From Candidatus Saganbacteria bacterium (GTDB lineage Bacteria; Margulisbacteria; WOR-1; XYC2-FULL-46-14; WPAF01): DNA of 64,000 nucleotides. Made by a program: the position numbers and the translations under genes. A model generated the notes under the pieces. That model had not been told where the DNA came from, did not search any database, and worked only from the letters and a program-made list of their open reading frames with translations. The DNA lies in the NCBI GenBank assembly GCA_016223205.1, contig JACRPM010000006.1, positions 209,228-273,227 on the forward strand, given 5' to 3'. Numbering within the stretch: the stretch's first letter is position 1; the number at the start of each line of letters is the position of its first letter. Below are positions 9,757 to 19,067 of the stretch, piece after piece.

Positions 9757-10874
9757 TTGATGTTCAGGATCCTGGCCTTGGGGAACCCGTTAAAGGTAGT
9801 GGCGGAAGCGCTGCTGTAGGCCCCGATGTTATTTACGTACAAAAGGTCGCCGATCTTAAGGTCCGGCAGGTTTTCCGAAGTTGAGACCGTATCAAAGGCG
9901 TCGCAAGTCGGTCCTACCACCGCGGAAAGCTGCGGTTTACCCCGCTTAAATGATCTGAAATGATAGGGAATGTGGTCAAAGACCACGCCGCTTAAGGTGC
10001 CGTAAACCCCGTCATCGATGTAATAAACCATCTTATCGTCGCGTCGCGCTTTGCCCACGATCGATACTACCAGGGTGGCGGAGGTGGCGGCGATAAAGCG
10101 GCCGGGCTCGGCCACGATCTCCACCTCCTTGGGGAAGAGCCGGTCGATCTCCCGCCGGAGTTTTCCGGCCAGCTTGGTGAAAGCGATGACATTATCATCA
10201 TAAGGAACAGGGAAACCCCCGCCGATATTTAAAAGCTTGAGCCGCCATCCCCGCGATCCCATTTCCGCAAAAATGCCGGCCGAAGCCTCCAGCGCGTTTA
10301 GGTAATTTTCTATATTGAGACATTGGCTGCCTACATGGAAGCTCAATCCCTCGACCGTTAATCCCATTTTGAACGCCTGTTCAATAAGATTTGGCGCGTC
10401 GCCCGGCTCCACCCCGAATTTGCTGGAAAGTTCCACCACCGATCCCACATTGGCCACCTTGATGCGGCAGATAAGCCCGGCGTCGGGACAATATTTCTTT
10501 ATCTTCTTCAGCTCTTCGGGATTGTCATAGGTCATCAGGGTCCGGTGCCGCGCCATTTTTTTTAAGGTATTGATAGGTTTGATGGTATTGGCCATGATGA
10601 TGCGGTCGTAGATGAAAGCGGGCAGGTCGCGAAGGTGCTTTTGGGGAACGGCGCGCAGGACGGATTCGTATTCTTCGAGCGAGGCCACGTCGTATCCGGC
10701 GTTAAGCTCGGCCAGGGTCTTGATTATTTCCGGTTCGGGATTGGCCTTGATCGCGTAATAAAGTCCTACCCGGGGCAGATGCTTCCTTAAAGCCAGATAA
10801 TTCTTTTTGATGGTATCCTGGTCGATCAAAAGCAGGGGGGTGCCGTGTTTGCGGGCCGGCTCTTTGAGGTTCAT
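9753..10874 (-). CDS. Type III PLP-dependent decarboxylase (Orn/Lys/DAP decarboxylase family, alanine-racemase fold)
   Basis: YYAIKANPEPEIIKTL PLP-binding motif near the N-terminus; 373 aa; beta-barrel C-terminal region with ...GPTCDAFD... motif. Confidence 0.8.
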   Translation of the reverse strand: MNLKEPARKHGTPLLLIDQDTIKKNYLALRKHLPRVGLYYAIKANPEPEIIKTLAELNAGYDVASLEEYESVLRAVPQKHLRDLPAFIYDRIIMANTIKPINTLKKMARHRTLMTYDNPEELKKIKKYCPDAGLICRIKVANVGSVVELSSKFGVEPGDAPNLIEQAFKMGLTVEGLSFHVGSQCLNIENYLNALEASAGIFAEMGSRGWRLKLLNIGGGFPVPYDDNVIAFTKLAGKLRREIDRLFPKEVEIVAEPGRFIAATSATLVVSIVGKARRDDKMVYYIDDGVYGTLSGVVFDHIPYHFRSFKRGKPQLSAVVGPTCDAFDTVSTSENLPDLKIGDLLYVNNIGAYSSASATTFNGFPKARILNIN

Positions 10875-11992
10875 TTTTTCCGCTTCCGCGGTTTTAGCTT
10901 CTCAATGAACAAGGCATAAGCCAGGACGATCCCCAGCTCGTTCACGATGGCATCCAGATTGAACAATCCGCGCTTGCTGGGTGTTTCTCCTTGGTGTATG
11001 AAGAAGACGATCATTCCCAGATAGGTCCCTCCCGGCGCCAGAAGCGGTTTGGCGACAAAACTCTCGATCCCTTCATCTTTTAACAGGGACCCGAAATTCC
11101 GGTCCTCTTCCGACGGCATCCGGCCGGGCTTGAGCTTTGAAAGGAAATTATTGACGGCAGTGGGCACTCCGATACTGCACCTTTTATGATAATGGGCGTT
11201 TTTGGGATGGACCACCAAAACCGAGCCGGAATGGAGCTTGAGCAGTTTAAAGGTTTCTTCCAGCACCTTCTCCAGCATGTAATCCAGATCCTGCAGGCGG
11301 GTCAAGATCCAGGAGATGTTGCTGATGGCGGCAAACTCCTGTTGCGCGGTCTCTTCTTCCACCAGTATCTTTTTGAACAGGTGCCTTTCTTTAAGCAAAT
11401 AACCCGAAATAAAATAGACGGCCAGGCAGGCGCCCAAAAGCACCAGCGGCACTCCCAGGGCATTTAAGATGATGATGCGCCCGGAAATCGCCGGATTAAT
11501 TTGATCGGATAAGAACCGGGGAAAGATCGGAAGAGAACCGTTTAGGGTCATGAGGATCTGGCCTTCGTAAAAGACCAGGGTTGCCGCCAGCCAGATGAAC
11601 AGCCCGGCCCGATAGTAGGGGAAAATAAAAGCCGTCATCAGCAGGCTTAACAGGTAAAAAACGAAAAAGGGGTTTTCTCCTCCTCCGGTAAAGTAGATCG
11701 ACAAGGTGATCAACACGATATCCAATAACGTAATAAAGACCGAAAGGAAGACGATCTCCACCATGGCGATCATCTTTTGGGTTTTTAGAAAATACTGGGT
11801 AAGCAGGGAATAGGTGAAAAGGAACAACCCCAGGAACAATACGGCTTCCGTGCCCGGGGAAAAAGTGAGGCGCAAAAAACCCAGGGCGGCGAAATAGGCA
11901 AAAAAGAAGAATCCCAGCGCCAGCCGGAAGTTATTGACCAAGAGCAAGCGCTCGGCCAGCTCACTGCGGGTGAATACGGAGATTTTCGACAT
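10871..11992 (-). CDS. Integral membrane protein (about 6 TM helices) with a C-terminal GAF-like sensor domain
   Basis: Multiple hydrophobic helices in the first ~200 aa; C-terminal ~150 aa soluble region with GAF-like pattern; 4-bp overlap with the downstream decarboxylase gene. Confidence 0.5.
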   Translation of the reverse strand: MSKISVFTRSELAERLLLVNNFRLALGFFFFAYFAALGFLRLTFSPGTEAVLFLGLFLFTYSLLTQYFLKTQKMIAMVEIVFLSVFITLLDIVLITLSIYFTGGGENPFFVFYLLSLLMTAFIFPYYRAGLFIWLAATLVFYEGQILMTLNGSLPIFPRFLSDQINPAISGRIIILNALGVPLVLLGACLAVYFISGYLLKERHLFKKILVEEETAQQEFAAISNISWILTRLQDLDYMLEKVLEETFKLLKLHSGSVLVVHPKNAHYHKRCSIGVPTAVNNFLSKLKPGRMPSEEDRNFGSLLKDEGIESFVAKPLLAPGGTYLGMIVFFIHQGETPSKRGLFNLDAIVNELGIVLAYALFIEKLKPRKRKK

Positions 11993-12000
11993 GGGCCGTA

Positions 12001-12570
12001 TTATCGCATAATGATGACGGGAGTGTCCACCTGGACCTGGGCGAAGAGGTATTTAATGACGCGGTTCTCTACCGCCACGCATCCGCGGGTGTTGTCTTTT
12101 TTGGTCACAAAAGCATAATTGGGGTTTAAACTTTCCATAAAGTTAAGCCGCGAGGCCAAGCGGGTCTCGGCGCCGTGGATGCCGTACTGGCCCAAAAATC
12201 CGAGAAAAAGGGTATAACGGCTCCGGTCATTCTTGGTGTAGACCGTGAACCGGCCTTCGGGCGTCCAGCGATTGTTGGCGCCCAGCGCCACCGGCACGGG
12301 GAAATTGAAAACAAATCCTCCCCAACGATCCCCGCTTACGATCAGTCCCTTGCGGCAATAATATAACAGATGGTCCCGCTTGCTCACCACGATGACGTCC
12401 CCATTGCTGTAACGATCGGCTATTTCCCGCACGCGGCTGTCCAGATCGTGACGAATGACAAAATTGACCGCCGGAGCGACCTCTGGAGCGTAAGATAAGG
12501 TCTTAAAGGCGGCGACACCGCTGAAGATCAGGATATAGGCGGACAGGACCAAGATTGCTTTTTTCTTCAT
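12001..12570 (-). CDS. L,D-transpeptidase (YkuD) catalytic domain protein with N-terminal signal/anchor
   Basis: YGIHGAETRL ... TRGCVAVENRVIKYLF matches the HG[TS]...[ST]xGC[IV]R catalytic motif; N-terminal hydrophobic segment. Confidence 0.7.
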   Translation of the reverse strand: MKKKAILVLSAYILIFSGVAAFKTLSYAPEVAPAVNFVIRHDLDSRVREIADRYSNGDVIVVSKRDHLLYYCRKGLIVSGDRWGGFVFNFPVPVALGANNRWTPEGRFTVYTKNDRSRYTLFLGFLGQYGIHGAETRLASRLNFMESLNPNYAFVTKKDNTRGCVAVENRVIKYLFAQVQVDTPVIIMR

Positions 12571-12596
12571 AACTATGATATTATCTCATAAAATCC

Positions 12597-13946
12597 ATGG
12601 ACTTACTAGAGCAGGCCACGCTAACCGACGCCCGGCAGAGGTTGAGATGGGGATTCGAACTGCGCTACGCTGTCGGGATACTGGGGTTGGCCGTCTTTAT
12701 CCTCTCCCTCTTCATTAACGGGCATCCTTTTTATAATCTTTCCCTTCTAGCCCTCTTTCTGCTCGGCTATAACATATTGGCGCATCTTTTATATGTCCCT
12801 TCCCATCGGCGGCTGACCCTCCTTCAGCTGGCGATCCTGCATATCGTTCTGCAGTTATTCGATATCGGGGTCATAACGGTGCTCATTTACTTTACCGGCC
12901 TGCTGGAAAGTCCCTATTGGTTCCTCTATCTGGTGCTGATCATCCTTTCGGGATTCGGTTCTTTCTCCGCTTATTCTTATGCCGTCTTTTTTGTGGCTTT
13001 TTTCTCCATGCTCTTTTATTTGGGGCTTTTGGTCGGAGCTTACGGTGGATTACTCCCGCCCTACGGCGCTACTTTTACTTTGACTCCCCAGCAGCTGCTG
13101 CTTTCCATATTCAACCGGGCCATCTATACCACTATCTCCTTTTTCCTTTTTGCCGTGACCTTGTTCTATTTTTCCAAGAACTTGAGCCGGCAGAAAGAAG
13201 CCCTGGCCGACCAGAACCGCCAGCTGCTGCAGCTGATCGATGAGCTGAAGGTGCTAAGCCAAATGAAAGATGAGCTCATCACTAATGTTTCGCATGAGCT
13301 GCGCACCCCGCTCTCTATCGTTAAAGAAGGCCTGCTGATGGTGCGGGACGGATTGGCGGGAACGGTGAACGAAAAGCAGCGTGAATATCTGAACAATGCC
13401 AAAGAAAGCATTGACCGGCTGACCCGCATCATCGCCAACCTGCTCAACATCGCGAAGCTCGAGAACCAGTCGTTCGAGATCTTTCCCCAGCCGGTGGATA
13501 TCGCCAAACTGGCCTGCAAGATCGCCGACAGCTTTTTGCCCAAGATGGCGGCCGCCGGCCTGATCTTCCAATGCCTCCCGGAAAAAGAAACGATCTGGGC
13601 GCTGGCGGATGCCGATAAGATCCATGAAGTTTTCTACAATCTGATAGAGGATGCCGTCAAGTTCACCCCCCGCGGCGGTCGGATCACGGTCAAGATCAAG
13701 GAAAAAGCAATGGACGTGGAATGCTCCGTGGAAGATACCGGAGCGGGCATTTCTCCCGAAGATCAGAAAAAGCTTTTCAAGAGATTCTCGCGCTTGAACC
13801 ACGAGCCGGGGGTGAAGGGCATCGGATTGGGACTGGCGATCTGCAAAGGCATCGTGGAGCTCCATCGGGGAAGGATCTGGGTGGAAAGCGCGGTGGGGAA
13901 GGGGACGAAATTTTTCTTTACTCTGCCGAAGGGGGAGCAAACCTGA
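12597..13946 (+). CDS. Membrane sensor histidine kinase
   Basis: Several N-terminal TM helices; HisKA H-box VSHELRTPLS; HATPase_c G-boxes DTGAGI and GIGLGLAICKGIVELHRGRIWVES. Confidence 0.85.
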   Translation: MDLLEQATLTDARQRLRWGFELRYAVGILGLAVFILSLFINGHPFYNLSLLALFLLGYNILAHLLYVPSHRRLTLLQLAILHIVLQLFDIGVITVLIYFTGLLESPYWFLYLVLIILSGFGSFSAYSYAVFFVAFFSMLFYLGLLVGAYGGLLPPYGATFTLTPQQLLLSIFNRAIYTTISFFLFAVTLFYFSKNLSRQKEALADQNRQLLQLIDELKVLSQMKDELITNVSHELRTPLSIVKEGLLMVRDGLAGTVNEKQREYLNNAKESIDRLTRIIANLLNIAKLENQSFEIFPQPVDIAKLACKIADSFLPKMAAAGLIFQCLPEKETIWALADADKIHEVFYNLIEDAVKFTPRGGRITVKIKEKAMDVECSVEDTGAGISPEDQKKLFKRFSRLNHEPGVKGIGLGLAICKGIVELHRGRIWVESAVGKGTKFFFTLPKGEQT

Positions 13947-13960
13947 ACGAAAAGAAAATA

Positions 13961-14314
13961 TTGATAATCGAAGATGAAGAGGTGATAGCCAAGATGCTAT
14001 TCGCCCGGCTCAATTCCCAGGGCTTTGAGGTGAAGGTGGAAGCCAATGGAATGAGCGGGCTTAAGACCGCCCGCGCCTGGAAACCGGACTTGATGATCCT
14101 CGATATCATGCTGCCGGAGATGGACGGCTACAAAGTGGCGCGGCTTTTGAAGTTTGACGAAGTATACAAGAACATTCCCATCATCATGCTCACCGCGCGC
14201 ACGCAGGATACCGACAGGCAAAAAGGCAAGGAAGCCGGAGCGGATGCTTATATAACCAAGCCCTATGAACCCGAAGAATTGATGGCCAAGATCAAGGAAT
14301 TATTGAAGGGTTGA
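13961..14314 (+). CDS. Single-domain response regulator (CheY-like receiver). Start uncertain, probably TTG 13961 or ATG 13994, not the long alternative-frame ATG at 13721.
   Basis: KILIIEDEEVIAKML...LMILDIMLPEMDGYKVARLLK...KPYEPEEL receiver motifs. Upstream part of ORF 13721.. overlaps the kinase in another frame. Confidence 0.75.
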   Translation: MIIEDEEVIAKMLFARLNSQGFEVKVEANGMSGLKTARAWKPDLMILDIMLPEMDGYKVARLLKFDEVYKNIPIIMLTARTQDTDRQKGKEAGADAYITKPYEPEELMAKIKELLKG

Positions 14315-15680
14315 CGCCGAAGACCTTTTTGTAGACCTCGGGATAGACATCTTTCCCGCCGATAGTCAGCATGGTCAAGGGCATGACCTTTTTGGCTTGT
14401 TTAACCATTTCCCGCGAAATATTCTGTATGTCCCATTGGGCGTGCCGGTCTTCCCGCAGTCGGGAGATATGGTAAAGTTCGCGGGCGTTGCATTTGAACA
14501 GCACCCTTTTACGGTGAGCTCCCGTCAAGATATAGGGAGCGGCCTGGGGAGCGCTTTTTAATATGGCTTGATAAGCTGCTTCGGTCTTTTTGACGATCGG
14601 TTCGAATTCCGCCTGGTCCACTGCCGACGGGATGGTCACTCCAAGCGATGGGTCGTACGCCTGCGCGGTGATGGTCGCCATCCGATGTCTTTTTAATTGT
14701 CCAAAGCAGGCGGAAGAAACAATGAGCTCAAAAGTGAGGTCGGTAAATTCAAATTCCCGCAGGGTTGAATCATAGAATTCCATATTCTTAAAAGCCGTCA
14801 TTAAGATCTTTTTCTGTTCATCCGCTTTCATTGCTTTTGATCTATTCAGACAATCTTCGTAGGGAATATCGCTGGTGGAGTGGAGGAGGGCGGCGATCAG
14901 CTTTTGGTCGGCGTTTTGTGTATAATCGACCAGTCCTACTTCTTTCAACTCGGCTTTACCCTGTGTTCTGTGTTCAGTGTTCTGTGCTCTAAGCTCTTGA
15001 TAAGTATCTCTATCCAAAGGGTTAGCTTCGGTAAAAAGTATGATCGACGGCGCGATATCCTTTACCTGGTTATACATTTCCCTTCCCAACTTCCGAATTT
15101 CAGAAAGAGGGTGGGAGGCAAAACGGCGGAAAAGCAGTTCCAGATTGCGGGCGTTGAGGGTCATCCCCAGTTGCGCGGGGGTGGCCAGGGCGGTCACATA
15201 GCGCGCGTCTTCCGCCTCCACTTTATTTTCTATGAGCCGGCGATAAAGATCGTTCTGCGCTTTGACGGTTGCAAGGAACAGATCGGCCAAGCCCGCTTTC
15301 TCGATCTCTTCCGGGACAAAAACCACATCTTCGAGCACCTGGTAGCGCTGGGATTTTTCGGTGTAGGAGCAGAGGCGGAATTTCTCGAGCTCCTCGAGAG
15401 CGAAGCGCGAGACCCCCAGAATATCGAAATTAAAGACCGCGTGCTCCGCCACCGAATGATGTCCCATCTTGAAGATGATGTTCTGGTTGGATTTGCGGGC
15501 CTTCTCGACTTCGGCTCGGGCGGCGGCCCGGAGCTCATTGACCGGTCGGGGATCGCGGGAGATGCGGGCGTAGGAAGCCGAGAGCACTTCGGGGGTGATA
15601 TCCTGGCGGTTGGTTTCCCCGTGTTTTAAGCCCTCGATGACCTCGGTATCCAGATTATAGCCGGCCAAAATGACTTTCAT
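14292..15680 (-). CDS. thyX: Tandem-fused FAD-dependent thymidylate synthase (two ThyX domains in one 462-aa polypeptide)
   Basis: Domain 1: HHSVAEHAVFNF and EKSQRY (ThyX NEQSxRY-like). Domain 2: RHRMATITAQ (ThyX RHR motif) and C-terminal ARELYHISRLR. Linker carries a heptamer repeat. 23-bp convergent overlap with the response regulator gene. Confidence 0.7.
   Translation of the reverse strand: MKVILAGYNLDTEVIEGLKHGETNRQDITPEVLSASYARISRDPRPVNELRAAARAEVEKARKSNQNIIFKMGHHSVAEHAVFNFDILGVSRFALEELEKFRLCSYTEKSQRYQVLEDVVFVPEEIEKAGLADLFLATVKAQNDLYRRLIENKVEAEDARYVTALATPAQLGMTLNARNLELLFRRFASHPLSEIRKLGREMYNQVKDIAPSIILFTEANPLDRDTYQELRAQNTEHRTQGKAELKEVGLVDYTQNADQKLIAALLHSTSDIPYEDCLNRSKAMKADEQKKILMTAFKNMEFYDSTLREFEFTDLTFELIVSSACFGQLKRHRMATITAQAYDPSLGVTIPSAVDQAEFEPIVKKTEAAYQAILKSAPQAAPYILTGAHRKRVLFKCNARELYHISRLREDRHAQWDIQNISREMVKQAKKVMPLTMLTIGGKDVYPEVYKKVFGVNPSIIP
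14962..14989 (-). repeat. Imperfect tandem heptanucleotide repeat (sense on minus strand: GAGCACA GAACACT GAACACA GAACACA GGG) inside thyX
   Basis: Plus strand reads ccc tgtgttc tgtgttc agtgttc tgtgctc; encodes ...QNTEHRTQG..., same peptide EHRTQ as in the giant ORF. Confidence 0.8.
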
Positions 15681-15686
15681 CGATTT

Positions 15687-16229
15687 TTATTGTAGCAGAT
15701 TTTGTTCGTCACCAATAGTGGTCGGACGGCCGTGGCCGGGGTAAACCCTGGTTTCGGGCGGCAAATCCAGGAGCTTCTTAAGAGAGGAGAGTATTTCCGA
15801 TTCGGAGCCGCCGGGCAGGTCGGTGCGGCCGTGATCTCCGGCGAACAGCGTGTCACCGGTGAAGATGACTTTTTCCTTTTCATTATAGAGACAGATGCCT
15901 CCCGGAGTGTGCCCTGGAGTGAGGATGATCTTAAAACCCTGGAGCATCTCGCCGTCTTTCAATGGACGGTCTGCTTTTTTCCCGGTGCTGTGGAGCAGCA
16001 TGAATTCATCTTTTTCCCCGATCCAAATCGGCGCACCCAAACCGAAAGCTTCGGTGACGTGATCGTAATGGCCGTGGGTCAAAACAATGGCTTTAACCTT
16101 AAGCCCGGCGATCTCTGGAGCTATCTTTTCTATTTCAAAACCGGGATCTATCACCAAAGCTTCTTTATCGTCCGAAACGATATAGCAATTGGTCCTCAAC
16201 TCGCCGACTTTTATGGTCTTGATATTCAT
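15687..16229 (-). CDS. MBL-fold metallo-hydrolase (glyoxalase II-like)
   Basis: LTHGHYDHV zinc-binding HxHxDH motif; 180 aa. Confidence 0.8.
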   Translation of the reverse strand: MNIKTIKVGELRTNCYIVSDDKEALVIDPGFEIEKIAPEIAGLKVKAIVLTHGHYDHVTEAFGLGAPIWIGEKDEFMLLHSTGKKADRPLKDGEMLQGFKIILTPGHTPGGICLYNEKEKVIFTGDTLFAGDHGRTDLPGGSESEILSSLKKLLDLPPETRVYPGHGRPTTIGDEQNLLQ

Positions 16230-16243
16230 GATAATATTATAGC

Positions 16244-17014
16244 ATGGCAGAAAAAATCCCCGGCCGTGCCTACCGGCAGGCAGGCAGGCGCACCCGCAAT
16301 ATCTTCGATCCCGGATCCACCCAGCCGTTCTCCATAAGCCGCTCCAAGCTGGAGCTTTTCACCGACTGTCCGCGCTGTTTTTACCTGGACCGGCGGCTGG
16401 GAGTGGGGCGACCCGACACGGCGCCCTATACTTTAAACTCCGCGGTGGATGCGCTCTTAAAGGCCGAGTTCGATCATTACCGGACCAAACAAGAAACCCA
16501 TCCGCTAATGAAAGATTTCGGGATCAAAGCCGTGCCCTTCGACCACGATAAGATGAAAACCTGGCAGGAGAACTTTCAGGGAGTGCAATATTTCCATTCG
16601 GCGACCAATTTCATCGTATTCGGAGCGGTGGACGATATTTGGGTGGAAGAAGACGGGACCCTGCATGTGGTGGATTATAAATCGACCTGCACCGCCAAGG
16701 AGATCTCGCTGGAGGACGAATGGAAGCAGGCCTATAAACGCCAGATGGAGATCTACCAATGGCTGCTGCGCCGCAACCAGTTTAAAGTTTCGGATGTCGG
16801 CTACTTTGTCTTTGCCAACGCGCAGAACCATCTCAAGTCGTTTGAAGGACGACTGGAGTTCAAGATGCAGATCATCCCCTATGAGGGGAAAGATGCCTGG
16901 GTTGAATCAACGGTGCTGAAAGCCCATGAGTGTCTTATGAGCGATAATATCCCAGGGCCCAATCCGGGTTGTAAATACTGCAATTACCGCCAAGCGGCAG
17001 AATCTGTAGTATAA
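16244..17014 (+). CDS. PD-(D/E)XK nuclease with Cas4/AddB-like 4-Cys cluster (N-terminal CxxC plus C-terminal CxxC), standalone
   Basis: N-terminal CPRCFY; core GAVDDIWVEEDGTLHVVDYKS (D...E..D-x-K); C-terminal CKYCNY. No cas1/cas2 or CRISPR array nearby. Confidence 0.6.
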   Translation: MAEKIPGRAYRQAGRRTRNIFDPGSTQPFSISRSKLELFTDCPRCFYLDRRLGVGRPDTAPYTLNSAVDALLKAEFDHYRTKQETHPLMKDFGIKAVPFDHDKMKTWQENFQGVQYFHSATNFIVFGAVDDIWVEEDGTLHVVDYKSTCTAKEISLEDEWKQAYKRQMEIYQWLLRRNQFKVSDVGYFVFANAQNHLKSFEGRLEFKMQIIPYEGKDAWVESTVLKAHECLMSDNIPGPNPGCKYCNYRQAAESVV

Positions 17015-17033
17015 TATCGTCGCGACCGAGGAG

Positions 17034-17369
17034 GTGATACGCATGATGTTATGGACATCGCTGTTGGGGACTCTCCTGATCCTTGGTTTTGCACATATTA
17101 TCTGGGTGATATCCATCAAGGAAGCGCCTACCACCAAACTTATCGGCCAAATTTTAGCCATCGCTATAACCGTCTTGATCGTCGTCCTATTTCTCTATGG
17201 AGGAGTATACGGCGGTTTGATGGGCCGCGGGGGCTACGGGATGCACGGCATGATGGGACCCGGGATGATGGGCAAAGGAATGATGGGGCCGGAATATATG
17301 GACAAGATGATGAAAAGCCCGGAGATGAAGAAGTGGATGGAGGAGTACGGGCGCGGGAAGAGGAAATAG
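17034..17369 (+). CDS. Small membrane protein with two TM helices and a Met/Gly-rich tail (MHGMMGPGMMGKGMMGPEYMDKMM), possible Cu(I)/metal-binding Mets motifs
   Basis: Hydrophobic N-terminal half; repeated MxxM/MMG motifs; alternative overlapping ORF 17051..17428 lacks such features. Confidence 0.4.
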   Translation: MIRMMLWTSLLGTLLILGFAHIIWVISIKEAPTTKLIGQILAIAITVLIVVLFLYGGVYGGLMGRGGYGMHGMMGPGMMGKGMMGPEYMDKMMKSPEMKKWMEEYGRGKRK

Positions 17370-17390
17370 GGTTATCCGGATATCGGGGGA

Positions 17391-18425
17391 TCAGGGAAGC
17401 CGGATCAGAAAACCAGACGGATCCTTGAATTTTTCGAGGAGTTGAGGTGGGGTTTTATTTGAACCCGGATTATGCAGGGCATCGTCTATCCAGTAGGTGT
17501 GGTTGATGTTAAAAAGCGGGGTGTAAGCTACACCTTCGGCCTTTAACGCCGGTAACCATATGTGGGAATTTGCTATGTTCAGGATAGCGACCCCTCCAGT
17601 TCGAAGTATGGATTTTAATTTCCTGATATACTTCGGGATATTCGGAGCATAAAACGAACTCCCCAGCTGGGAATAGACCAGGTCGAAAGCTACCGGAAAG
17701 TGGAAGGTTTCGAATTTGCCGGTGAATATCGGAATCGCGGGGTTTGCGGGTGAGAGTTCCGCTAAAAGGTTTATTCCATACCCGGTCGGTTGCCTGCCTA
17801 ATTCTTTCAATCTGCGCATCAGAGAGTAAATGGTAGTCGAACGGCCGATGCCGGCATCCAAGATATTTATCTCTCCCCGGTTGGATAAAGCGGCGACTTC
17901 AATGGTGGGGAATTTAATATCCGGGGGAATAAAACCCGGCATCATTACCTCGTCGATTTCTCCATCCGGCATCAGCGAGACCAGCCGTCTTTGTTCATCG
18001 AAGAAGCAGAGAGTGGTCTTTCCGCGGTTAACCTTATAATCACTTTCGGATATGTCGCCCGATGAAGCTTCCCAGTCCACTTGTTCCAAGAGCAGATAAA
18101 ATAGCCGGTCCCTTAGATCTTCTAGATGAGGGGGTACCTGCAGAAAACGATCTCTTCCAAATCCCGCGCGTTCACCCAGGATGGAAGCTAAAGTTTCGGT
18201 CTCCAGGCGGGATCTGATCGAGCAATCCAACTCCACATAGTTTTGCGGATTGAGCCGTACGCGATAATTCACCACTTGAGCCAGCGTGCCGGCGCGGTGC
18301 AGGCGCAGCAGCTCTTTATCGTCCAGACATCTTAGGCCAAGTTGCCGGGGTTGATGGGTCCCATCGACTTTTCTTAATTCAACGGCCATATAATAAGTAT
18401 CGTTTTTGCCGGTTGGAAATTTCAT
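17391..18425 (-). CDS. Class I SAM-dependent methyltransferase-like protein with ~170-aa N-terminal extension
   Basis: Motif I ILDAGIGRSTT, post-I YGINLLAE, motif II FDLVYSQ, motif III LRTGGVAIL. Confidence 0.5.
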   Translation of the reverse strand: MKFPTGKNDTYYMAVELRKVDGTHQPRQLGLRCLDDKELLRLHRAGTLAQVVNYRVRLNPQNYVELDCSIRSRLETETLASILGERAGFGRDRFLQVPPHLEDLRDRLFYLLLEQVDWEASSGDISESDYKVNRGKTTLCFFDEQRRLVSLMPDGEIDEVMMPGFIPPDIKFPTIEVAALSNRGEINILDAGIGRSTTIYSLMRRLKELGRQPTGYGINLLAELSPANPAIPIFTGKFETFHFPVAFDLVYSQLGSSFYAPNIPKYIRKLKSILRTGGVAILNIANSHIWLPALKAEGVAYTPLFNINHTYWIDDALHNPGSNKTPPQLLEKFKDPSGFLIRLP

Positions 18426-18440
18426 GATAAAATAACAGAC

Positions 18441-19049
18441 ATGCGATTAAAGCCATCCAAGATCATCTGCGTGGGGCTCAACTACCGCGATCACGCGGAG
18501 GAGCTGAAGCTGGAGATCCCGGAGTTCCCGCTGATCTTCTTGAAGCCGCCCACCACGGTCATCGGCGACGGGGAAGAGATCATCTATCCCGACTGGATGA
18601 CCCACGAGGTGCACTATGAGGCGGAACTGGGGATCGTCATTAAGAGGGAAGCCCATCGGGTAAGCGAGGAGAAGGCGGCGGAATATATCGAGGGCTTTAC
18701 CTGCGGCAACGATGTTACCGCGCGCGATCTCCAGCGGCTCGACGGCCAGTGGACCCGCGCCAAATCGTTCGACACCTTTTGTCCCCTGGGTCCCAAAGTC
18801 GTCCCGCTGAATCCCGACCACTTGGACATCAAGCTTTATTTGAACGATGAGATCAAGCAGGCCGGCAACACCCGACAGATGATCTTTAAGCCCTCGCTTC
18901 TGGTCTCGTTTATCTCTTCGGTGATGACGCTTTTGCCGGGGGATGTGATACTTACGGGGACGCCTCCCGGGGTGGGGCCCATGAAAAAATGGGATAGGGT
19001 AGCGGTGGAGATCGAGGGGATCGGACGGCTCACCAACTATGTCAGATAA
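18441..19049 (+). CDS. Fumarylacetoacetate hydrolase (FAH) family protein (2-keto-4-pentenoate hydratase/OHED decarboxylase-like)
   Basis: KIICVGLNYRDHAEE...; Mg-binding E/D pattern ...HYEAELGIVI...; 202 aa. Confidence 0.8.
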   Translation: MRLKPSKIICVGLNYRDHAEELKLEIPEFPLIFLKPPTTVIGDGEEIIYPDWMTHEVHYEAELGIVIKREAHRVSEEKAAEYIEGFTCGNDVTARDLQRLDGQWTRAKSFDTFCPLGPKVVPLNPDHLDIKLYLNDEIKQAGNTRQMIFKPSLLVSFISSVMTLLPGDVILTGTPPGVGPMKKWDRVAVEIEGIGRLTNYVR

Positions 19050-19067
19050 ATGGTATAATCGCCCCAG

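Noticed and set aside
13721-13960. Long N-terminal extension of the response-regulator ORF (ATG 13721)
   Set aside because: Overlaps the histidine kinase in a different frame and encodes low-complexity sequence; the receiver domain begins near 13961.
17051-17428. Alternative 125-aa ORF overlapping the Met-rich membrane protein gene
   Set aside because: No hydrophobic or motif features; overlaps the downstream methyltransferase-like gene on the opposite strand by 38 bp (17391-17428); the 17034 frame gives a coherent TM protein.
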